64,000 nucleotides of DNA from Perkinsus chesapeaki ATCC PRA-425 (Eukaryota > Protista > Perkinsozoa): contig JAAPAO010000093.1 of the NCBI GenBank assembly GCA_013115145.1, forward strand, positions 1 to 64,000. Direction: 5' to 3'. Positions 55,163-64,000 of this stretch are shown here, in pieces. A program made the position numbers and the translations under genes. The notes beneath the pieces are model-generated. The model was not told the DNA's origin. It saw only the letters and a list, made by a program, of their open reading frames with translations, and searched no databases. The number at the start of each line of letters is the position of its first letter. The first letter of the stretch is position 1.

Positions 55163-56716
55163 TTACACAGATGATAGCAGCGGTGGGTCCAACTCGCTAT
55201 GCCGCCGTCTTGTAACCCAATGCCCAGCAGCTTGGACCAGTGCAAGAGCTACAAACATTAAGCACGCTACTGCGACAAGATCTCCTAGGTAGACGGCCAG
55301 AGTCGTGCCGGTCCCAAGAGGCACAGTACCAACGATAACCTCCTGCGTGCACTTGCTGCGCTCGAAGCCTACAACCTTGTCGCCGAGAGGATCGATGATT
55401 GCCGAGTCCCACCCAACGTCCGCCTTGACTATAGCGACTCTGTTCTCGACCGCACGGAATACCGAAGTGGCGAAGTGATTCCGAGCGCCCGACCAATCCT
55501 CGGAGGGATTTGTGATGAGAGTGGCGCCTTCTGAGACCAGCTCCCGAGCAGCGCTCGGAAAGTCCATGTCATAGCAAATAAGAGACCCCATGCGGCCGTA
55601 GTCGAACGACGAGTGATCGAGTCCTTTGACGTGCTGATCAACCAAGGCAGGGTTCAACGGGATGGTAGGGTAGCCAAAAACAAGCTTGCTCTTCTCGCCA
55701 CTGATGCGGACAGGATGCTGCTTACCATAGATGCTCTCGACTTCGCCTGTGGGACCAATCGTCATAGCTAGGTTACCCCAACCGACAGTCTCCACCCCAA
55801 CAGTCATAGCAATCTCCAGCTCCTTGGCTAGAGGACTTATATTGCGTTCAACGAACATAGTAGCTGCGGTAACATTCTCGAAGGGACCAAGCCAAGTCTC
55901 TGGCCACACGACGATTTTCGCGCCGTACTCCTCGGCGGCTGTGCGCGTGCTAGCCACTTGGTCATGAAGGCTAGCAGTGCATGATACCATTTCCCCATAG
56001 TGGGGTATCTGACCATTCGTACACAATGGGCTCGGCAAGAAGCCACCTGGCGACACTGCGGCCACGGTCACAGTTGCCTGTCCGGGAAGCATAGACGTAT
56101 AGTAGAGGAGAACACTGAAGAGTGTCCAGCCAAGGACGCCGAGTTGCCAGAGATTCAAAACGTGCCTCGGAGTAAGAGAAGTTAGAGCCTGTGCCAGTGC
56201 TGCATTGCTACACATAACGGCAAACTCAAGACTATAGAAGCCGAAGAGAGCAATTGGCTGTATTAGCACTGGTGATACGTGAAAAGGTGTTGAAAGGGTC
56301 TCCAAGGTACCGAGCATGCGGGCAGTGGCGTACATCATGGCCACCCACATGGCAGCAATCCGAAGCGAGTAGTAGGCAGAATCGTTCTTGAAGGCAATGT
56401 TCTCGAATAGGCCGGCCAACCACCACAGTATGCCCCACGCCAAGCCAATGAGCATCCCTAGCCCAATGTCGAGGCCCATGTTCCAAAGCGTGATACCAAG
56501 GGCGAAGAAGAACGTCACAACCGGCGGCCAGATGGAGTTGCTGAGTCTCTGTGCCGCTAAGAGGGGGGATATGCAGAAGAGAGAGACAGGCCAGAGCTCT
56601 AGGAGATACGGCAGACCGATATGCACAGTCCTGATATTGAAGAGCACCACTGTGCTCAGACATAGAAGGAATAAGGTCGGAGCATTCGAATTGGAGGCCG
56701 TCAGCGCGAGGACCAT
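55163..56716 (-). CDS. Apolipoprotein N-acyltransferase (Lnt)-like nitrilase-superfamily membrane protein A, intronless
   Basis: N-terminal multi-TM region; E-K-C triad in VVWPET, YGKQHPV, ICYDMDF; RAVENRVAIVKAD. Confidence 0.88.
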   Translation of the reverse strand: MVLALTASNSNAPTLFLLCLSTVVLFNIRTVHIGLPYLLELWPVSLFCISPLLAAQRLSNSIWPPVVTFFFALGITLWNMGLDIGLGMLIGLAWGILWWLAGLFENIAFKNDSAYYSLRIAAMWVAMMYATARMLGTLETLSTPFHVSPVLIQPIALFGFYSLEFAVMCSNAALAQALTSLTPRHVLNLWQLGVLGWTLFSVLLYYTSMLPGQATVTVAAVSPGGFLPSPLCTNGQIPHYGEMVSCTASLHDQVASTRTAAEEYGAKIVVWPETWLGPFENVTAATMFVERNISPLAKELEIAMTVGVETVGWGNLAMTIGPTGEVESIYGKQHPVRISGEKSKLVFGYPTIPLNPALVDQHVKGLDHSSFDYGRMGSLICYDMDFPSAARELVSEGATLITNPSEDWSGARNHFATSVFRAVENRVAIVKADVGWDSAIIDPLGDKVVGFERSKCTQEVIVGTVPLGTGTTLAVYLGDLVAVACLMFVALALVQAAGHWVTRRRHSELDPPLLSSV

Positions 56717-57608
56717 CGCAGGAAATTAGAACTACGAGGAGATCGCATTACCCTGACTGGAAAAGACATGAGTGGCTGGTGGTGGTGGCGCACAGTAAGA
56801 GGGCGCAGTTTTCTGCAGTAGCTTATCTCGAAGCACGAAAAAGGACTTTATATGCTATGCGGTGATATTACGACTAGCTGTGTGGGGCAGGACACTTCCG
56901 CGTCCTTCAGCTGATTATTCCCAACGTCTCGGAAAGGCTATCACCGGAGATACCCCCCAATTCTCAACACCAAGTTTCCGTCGAATCTCACTCAAAGAGG
57001 GACGGAGAAGTGAATGATAAGCAACACTCCACCTTGGGGTTCCCTGAAGACACAGTAAACCAAGGTGGACGCTGGAACACTGGATGAACTGGCCGAAAAC
57101 AGTTCAACGAGACCTTTCGTATTTGCCTCTCCCAACGCTAGAATACCGATGACCTCTCCGAGTCATCGGCAACGGCCAGAAGCTAGACGACTCCGAGATT
57201 CGGCGCACGACAGCTAGCGTGGAACACTCAACGATTGGTAAGGAGAATGTATCGATCATGCCCCTTCCCTATTAGAGCTCGTCTTCCCCACTTGGGCGCC
57301 GGTGGAACTTCCATCATGGAAGCAAGAAACTTGTGCTAGAGCTGTCCCCTGGTAGCTCCAATGGATACGATACGCGAGCCGTACAGCGGTTCACCTTCTG
57401 CTTGCTATTCGCAATCACGAACGCAAGACGACGACGGGATCAACAAAGGATTTTCTCTTACTGGGTTTGCTTGAGGGAAATCATCTCTGGAAGGAGGTAG
57501 AATAGGAGAAGGGGCGATCCAGAATGTACAGCATCACCCCAACACTTACAACAAAAGGCTAGGATGCAATAGTGAGATAATGTCGTAGCTTCCAACGGAG
57601 GTCTTCCT

Positions 57609-59093
57609 TTAGGAAAGCTTCACGTAGATTCCCAGCCCGTTTAGGCGCTTCCAGAAAACAGTATTCAGGAATAGTAAAAAAATCAACGGCACAACGCGCC
57701 CGTAGAGCGATGCCATTGTCGGTTCGCTCGAGCCCAGATGTACAGTGCCAGCAACAGCGTGACGCTGTGACACAGGACTCATATAGGAGGCTGTGATATC
57801 TCCTCGGGCATCAACAATAGCTGAATCCCAGCCAGTGTCGGCTTTCACAATTGGTACACGATTCTCTATTGCCCGGAAAACATAGGCTGCTATATGGTTC
57901 CGCATCGCCGACCAATCAGATGAAGGACTCAGAATCAGCTCAACTCCTCTTCGCTTCAATGAGGCCGCAGACTCGGGGAAATCCATATCGTAACAAATGA
58001 GGGGGGCCACTTTAACAGTTAAATTGCTGAGGCCGAGCCAACCACCTTCAACTTCAAGGTCGGTGTAACCGTAGGTAACAGTGCTCTTCTCTCCCAGGAG
58101 CTTCACTGGATGCATCTTCCCATAGTAACCGAGAACCTCACCTTCGGGACTTATCGTTACGGCAAGGTTAGCGCGGTCGAGGGTATGCATGCCCACAGTG
58201 AACAAAATGTGAAGCTCTCTGGCCAGCGGAGCGAAGGTCTCCGCCACGGCTTGTTCGAGCTCATCCAGGCTTTCGTATGCTCCAACCCAAGCCTCGCTCC
58301 ACACCACTATCTTGGCACCGCTCTCACTAAAAGCTCTGCGAGTGGCCTCCATCTGCTCGTCAAGCGATGCAGTGCAGGGTAGGGCTTCACCAAAATGGGG
58401 CCTTGTACCGTTACGGCAGAACAGCACTGCGGTCGGCAGGAGACCACCAGGCGATATCGCTGCCACTGGCGCGGTGGGACTGGTGGAGGAGCCCAAGGTC
58501 GAGTACTGAAGCACACTGGTTCCAACCCAAAGCGTTGTCCCCAAGATGAGCCCCTTGAAGATGCGGCGCCTACGCTGTTTAGAGGGTGTGAATAGCAGCT
58601 GAGCCACACATGCGTTGAAGGAGCCAAGGGCGAATTCGAGGCCGTAGAACCCGACCAAGGAGAGCGGCTGGATTAGAAATGGCACAACGTAGAGAGGCGA
58701 GGAAAGCGCCGGCATGGTACCAGCGATCTCAACAATCAGGTATTGAATACATGCCCACACCGAGCCCACAATGACAGGGAAAGCCGTACTGTCTCTCAGC
58801 GGGAGAAGTCGGAAAAATAGCGACCATAGCAGACCGACCACCGCGCCCAAGCACATTCCAACCGTAATGGGAACGGCGATGGTCCAAGCATAGCCAGCAG
58901 ATGCCAAGGCAAAGGTAAGAATTATGAGCCATAGCGGAGCACCGTTGCGCTGAGCCGTCAACACCGGAACTAGAACAATCAAACAAAGCGGCCAAAGTTC
59001 CAGGACCGGCCCACTGTCGAGCTTGATGGAGCGAAGTGGCCAGATTAGGGCTGTTATGAGGCTCACAGCAGCTGACCTTCTAGTGGACCACAT
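57609..59093 (-). CDS. Lnt-like nitrilase-superfamily membrane protein B, intronless (ATG at 59093 inferred; the ORF is open to 59258)
   Basis: LELWP, multi-TM region, VVWSEA, YGKMHPV, ICYDMDF, RAIENRVPIVKAD; tandem paralogue of protein A. Confidence 0.88.
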   Translation of the reverse strand: MWSTRRSAAVSLITALIWPLRSIKLDSGPVLELWPLCLIVLVPVLTAQRNGAPLWLIILTFALASAGYAWTIAVPITVGMCLGAVVGLLWSLFFRLLPLRDSTAFPVIVGSVWACIQYLIVEIAGTMPALSSPLYVVPFLIQPLSLVGFYGLEFALGSFNACVAQLLFTPSKQRRRRIFKGLILGTTLWVGTSVLQYSTLGSSTSPTAPVAAISPGGLLPTAVLFCRNGTRPHFGEALPCTASLDEQMEATRRAFSESGAKIVVWSEAWVGAYESLDELEQAVAETFAPLARELHILFTVGMHTLDRANLAVTISPEGEVLGYYGKMHPVKLLGEKSTVTYGYTDLEVEGGWLGLSNLTVKVAPLICYDMDFPESAASLKRRGVELILSPSSDWSAMRNHIAAYVFRAIENRVPIVKADTGWDSAIVDARGDITASYMSPVSQRHAVAGTVHLGSSEPTMASLYGRVVPLIFLLFLNTVFWKRLNGLGIYVKLS

Positions 59094-59390
59094 TTGGAAC
59101 CACAAGCTGTAGAGGAAGCCTTGGCTCGTAGGACGGACGTATCCTTCGCTGTGCACCACGCCACTAGTGAACGCAAATGCCGTACTGATTAGTGCGGGAA
59201 ACTCGAGTGTATAAATGACACAGAAGGAGAGATACACCACCAGCAGCAGCAGGGGCACTCAATCGAAACGTCCATAATAGCAGTGGTGACGGCCCCTTTT
59301 GGAGGGAGGCAACAGGAATGGATGTATTAGGTCAGCAGAAACAACAACAATACGTAACGCTAATAAGTATTGAATTCCTCTTCTAGTCCT

Positions 59391-61812
59391 CTACTGCATC
59401 CTCTTAAGCTCAATAGGCTCCTCCTCCTCCTCGTCCTTCTTGGCTTCAGCAGCAGCAGCTGGCGTGGCATCGGAGGAGAGGTCAGCCACGGACACTGCCT
59501 GTTCAACACAGACGTCCAACATCTTCTGGAGGCGGTCCAGGATGGTACGAGGATCCTCCACCATACCAGCGGCAATGCAGGCGTTATCAAAGAGCTGGCT
59601 GACGGCCACCTTGGCGATGTCCTCGGAGCGCGCGGCCTTGGAGGCAGCGAGATCGCCGAGCTTGCGGACTGTTGGGTGATCAGGGTTCAACTCGAGCGTC
59701 ATCGGGATGGCCTGAAGGCAATCGTCGACTTCCAATAAAAACTGCTGCATTCCCCCTTACCTGGAGCGCGTCGTTTTGATCGCCCTGGCCGGTTTGGGCC
59801 ATCATCTGCTTCATCATCCTCCGCATTTGTGGGGAAATGGCCGAGGTGACAACCGCGGGGGAGTTCACCAAACGATCGCTGAACTTCACGCCATTCACGC
59901 GCTCGCCTAGGACCTCCTTGACGAAGGACTCCAGCTCATCACGACGAGCCTCCGGCATGTCCTTCTTGCCCTCCTCGCTCTCCTCGTCACTTTTCAAAAG
60001 AGTCTTTTCTATCTCCTCCTCGCTGTCAACAGACACCAAACGCTTGCCCTTGAAGTTCTCTATGTAGCTCACTACGAAGGCGTCGATGTCCTCGGTCAAG
60101 AGCAGCACGTTGACACCCTTGTTCTCGAAGGCTTCCATGTACGGCGATGCCAAAGCCGTCTTCCTGTCCTTCGACTGGAGGTAATAAATGTTGTTCTGCT
60201 CATCGCCCATGGAGTCCACGTAGTCCTGGAGGCTCATCAACTCGCCGGCGCCACCGTTGCTGGACTCGAACCTCAGCAGCTTGAGGATAAGGTCCTTGTG
60301 GTTGCCGTTGTTATTTTGCTGGTCCTCCAAAAGTCCCGCCTTGAAATAGAAGCCATACTTCCTCCAGAATGCGTTGTATTTGTCGGCATCACGACGAGCC
60401 TGGTCGGCCAGGAACCTGCCGAGAACAACCGTCTCCAAACCAAAGTTGCCCTCCCCTCCCCACCTGAGGATCCTCCTCACCACAGCGGTGCTGAGCTTCC
60501 TCATCAAAGCCGTGTCTTGCATGTTCTCTCTGGAAATGTTTAAAGGCATGTCCTCGCAGTCAACAACTCCTCTAATCCAGTGAAGCCAGGCGGGAATGAT
60601 CTCATTCGCGTGCTTCTTGATGAGGACGCGACGACAATACAGGGACACCTGAGCCATACCGTATCCTCCGACAAAGTTCACCAATAGCCTACCTGCACGT
60701 CGGCGTCCTGCTGGAACCAACGGTTGGGAGCTTCCTCAGGGATGTAGAACACCGACTTGATCGAGAGCGGCGCATCTGTGTGGTACATGAGGGAGTACAT
60801 AGGCTCGCCATAGGAAGAGCCAGAGAGGTAGCGGTAGAAGTTGGTATGCTCCTCCTCAGTGGCGCTGCTCCTGGTCCACAAAGCATCCGTCTTGTTGATC
60901 TTCACCTTCTCGGCCTTCTCGCCCTCGGCCATTCTGATGGGGAAATCGACAAAGTTGGAGAACTTCGAGGCGGCCTTTTTGACGGTCTCTGGGTTGCAGA
61001 AGTCAGCAGCGTCCTCCTTGAGATGAAGAACGATCTTGGTTCCGCGAGGCAAGCCCTTCACTGGCTTAACAGTGAAGCTACCCTGCCCGTCAGATTCCCA
61101 AACATGTCCTTCCCCGTCCTCAGCGACATCCGCCGAACGAGAGAAGACCTCGACCTTATCGGCCACCACAAAACTAGAATAAAAGCCCACACCGAACTGA
61201 CCGATGATTTGGTTCGCTGTGTCCCCGGAGGCATTGACCTTGTCGGATGTTATAAATTCTTTAGACCCAGACCGGGCGATCGTGCCAAGATTCTCGATGA
61301 GCTCGTGCTTGGTCATGCCGATTCCCGTATCCTCTATAATGAACAGCCTGTGCTTAGGGTCGATCGTGATGCTGATCTCGATAGGAGTATCGGGGTCGGC
61401 AAGGGACTGGACCTTCCCGGCAGTTTGGAGGAACCGGAGCTTCTCGCAGGCATCCGAGGCGTTCGAGACTAGCTCACGGATGAAGACCTCCTTGTCCGTG
61501 TACAAGGACTTGGCGACTATGTCCAGCAGCTTGCGCGTCTCGGTTTTGAATTCGTGAGTAGCACTCGCGTCAGCACCGGCAGCAGCGCTGCTAAAGGCCG
61601 CGGTGAAAGCTGCCATCGGAGTCGTAGAAACCCAGGGCCTACCAGAATTCATACTCATTTACAGAGTAGCCGTCACCGCCTTACCTGAGTATCCGGCCTC
61701 CAGTCGGGGGAGGGGTCGAACGCCTGGCAGCACTTGTGGCGGCTACATTGGCAAGAGTCACTATGGATCTGTGGCTCATCTGCAGCCCTGTGTTGGACAA
61801 CTTCGATAGCAT
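59391..61812 (-). CDS. TRAP1: Mitochondrial Hsp90 (TRAP1/Hsp75)
   Basis: Presequence-like MLSKLSNTGLQMSHRS; HEFKTETRKLLDIVAKSLYTDKEVFIRELVSNASDA; GQFGVGFYS; GVVDCEDMPLNISRE; LELNPDHP. Confidence 0.92.
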
Positions 61813-62252
61813 CGCTGGATCTGCAATGGTAAATGAAACTGAAACAGAATGGATACCGCAACACCTATCAACAAAATAAAGGACGATATTACCAAATAGA
61901 AGACAGGAGGATTGTACGAAAAATGAAACTTACTCGATACCATCCAGAAGACCTGCCCAACAAATACCATGGCAGGATACTTTCCAACTCAACACGGCAA
62001 TATCCCCATCGTGACATACTTATTCAGCAAACCGAAACCATCACGGACCTTATTATAAATGCATGCATCACCTATTAGCCCGTTACTCTGGTACGGGACA
62101 TCCATGAGGTATCGAATAATAACAAACGTGGCGGAAGCGTGTCTAACCGTCACTGCTAATTTTCTATGTTACGGATTTGCGCCGCCGACCAGACAGCGGT
62201 GTCAACGTACGTATATCAGAGCATATAATAAATCTTCATTTGCAGAGTGATT

Positions 62253-63746
62253 TTAGAAGTCCTCGTCCAAGGAGAAATCGGCGCCTATGCTTTTGCGTCT
62301 CTCTTCGGGATCGCTGATGCCATTCTTATGAGCACTGGTACCAGCCATAACGCCTCCCTTTTGGTATTCACCTGAGTTGATGGAAAACCGATTACAATGG
62401 GAAAGGGGCCGGAAGACTTACCAACTCGTTTTTCGAAGAAATTGGTTTTCCCTTGTAAAGAGATCATTTTCATCCAGTCGAAAGGATTAGTGGCATTGTA
62501 CAACTTGGGATGGCCGAGAGCCTAAAGGGCAGTTCAGAAATCGGTAACCCCACCTGCGAACGTACCACGAGGAGTCGGTCAGCAACAAACTCGATGTAGC
62601 GGCACATTAACTGACTGTTCATGCCGATGAGGGAAACCGGCAAGGACTCCGAGATGAAGACTCTCTCCACGTCGACAGCTCCCTGAAATAGCCAGCTCTG
62701 AGCCTGCCTGAGCATCCCAGTCCTACCCTAACGATCTCATGAACTCGCTCATCGGGAAGACGTGTGTACTTCAACATATTGTATAACAAGCAGGCAAAGT
62801 CCGCATGCAAGCCTGGCAGAAAATGTCCAAGGAAACAAAGCGCCAGCCAACTCACCCTCATCACGGGATATAAGCTCGTTAGAGAACGTCAGCCCCGGCA
62901 TAAGCCCACGCTTCTTCAACCAGTAGATGGCGCAGAACGATCCCGAAAATAAAATACCTTCCACGCAGGCGAATGCAACCTGAAAAGCAAACGACCTTCA
63001 TCGACCCGGCGAGCAACCTCCAAAGATTCTCACCAAACGTTCAGAGAAGCAGTTGTCATCGTTGATCCATGACAAGGCCCAGTCAGCCTTCTTCTTCACA
63101 CTGGGAACCGTCTCGATAGCGCGAAAGATCTTATCTTTCTCCTCGGGGTCTTTAATGTAGTTGTCAATTAACAATGAATACCTGATTGGCGATGGCGAGT
63201 GGTAGACTGGGTCGAATTACGTCTCCGAGTGGATGTTCTCCATAGCTATCTGGAACCCGTAAAATGCACGAGCTTCCGGGCACTGGACCTCACCAGAGAA
63301 CTTGGCCGACAGATTCTCCAGTACGATACCATCACTTGCAGCGAAGAAAGCCAACACCTGACGGGAGAACGGTGCTACCAGTGTGATAGTAAGGAGCTTA
63401 CGTGGCTGATGAAGTGACGGTCATTGTCGGATAAAGTGTCCCAGTCTCTGATGTCCTGGCTCAAGTCGATCTCCTCGGCAGTCCAGAAGGACGCCTCGTG
63501 CTTCTTGTACCTGTCAGACAGGCCAAGATACTTTTGTGCAGCGCTTAACAGCGCAACTCGAGAGGAGTCCAACTACCAACGAGAATGACAAAGGACGTTA
63601 AAAATGACCGTTGAGACCTATTCAACTTACATCTCCCAGATAGCGAGGTACTTGATTGGGAACATAACGTAACGGTGAGGGTTCTCCCTGAGTAGGTCCT
63701 CCTTGGGCTCGAGAGCCTTCATTTGCTGGCTGAAAGTAGCGGCCAT
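62253..63746 (-). CDS. RRM2: Ribonucleotide reductase small (R2) subunit
   Basis: [56 protein letters not shown]-terminal FSLDEDF*. Confidence 0.96.
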
Positions 63747-63865
63747 GGTTATCAACGAGTACAGTAAATCGCTAACTGATCACAATCGGCACAAGCTATA
63801 TTAATGAACCTAGTCCTTAAGTCCGCTGATGCTTGGCAGTTTCATGTTCGCGCATCTGGTCGAAC

Positions 63866-63886
63866 GCGCGCGCCATTCTAATCGAT
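63866..63886. promoter_or_regulatory. Candidate cis-element GCGCGCGCCATTCTAATCGAT (shared with 47916-47936)
   Basis: 120 bp upstream of the RNR R2 ATG, in the same orientation relative to the gene as the 47916 copy. Confidence 0.55.
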
Positions 63887-64000
63887 CTATAAATCGTACT
63901 TTGTGGATGCGTGCTTGATGATATGGCCCAAGTTCCTGCCGTTTAGATACAGTAGGTCTCTGAGCAGATTCCTCAACTCTAAATAATGGAGCACAGGCTG

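Noticed and set aside
57028-57069. 10-bp inverted repeat TCCACCTTGG / CCAAGGTGGA between the Lnt-like genes
   Set aside because: Isolated, with no TSD or second copy to support a MITE.
63456-63465. CTGGCTCAAG, resembling the 3' end of the perkinsid/dinoflagellate spliced leader
   Set aside because: It is the antisense of conserved RNR codons (DLSQ), and the rest of the leader is absent.

Overview
This is eukaryotic genomic DNA: gene-dense, with many short (about 30-60 nt) GT-AG introns. The gene content and style suggest a Perkinsus-like alveolate (inference, not proven). Positions 679-7436 hold a structurally complete LTR retrotransposon with identical 185-bp LTRs and a CCGA(T) target-site duplication. 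Its gag-pro-RT-RNaseH-integrase is Bel/Pao-like and is broken by three frameshifts, two of which coincide with inverted templated duplications. Its integrase ends in an apparent CW-type zinc finger where chromoviruses carry a chromodomain. It inserted into the FADD catalytic codons of an older, decayed RT. The rest of the window is host genes in strand-coherent blocks. Plus-strand block to about 33.8 kb: EF-hand protein, coiled-coil gene, kinesin-13 (with a nested antisense secreted-protein gene and an intronic tRNA-Glu, plus a decayed ~4.3-kb tandem duplicate), DJ-1, TANGO2 (intronic antisense tRNA-Asp, duplicated) and four tandem YccF genes. Minus-strand block: PARP1, a large Gly-rich membrane protein, a calmodulin-like gene and an LRR/ankyrin gene. 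Plus-strand block: UDP-sugar pyrophosphorylase, a UbiA prenyltransferase and a small membrane-anchored protein. Minus-strand block: two intronless Lnt-like acyltransferases, TRAP1/Hsp90 and the RNR small subunit. A 21-bp motif (20/21 identical) sits just upstream of the first visible gene of both minus-strand blocks. Exon boundaries were read by eye and gene ends are approximate where stated.
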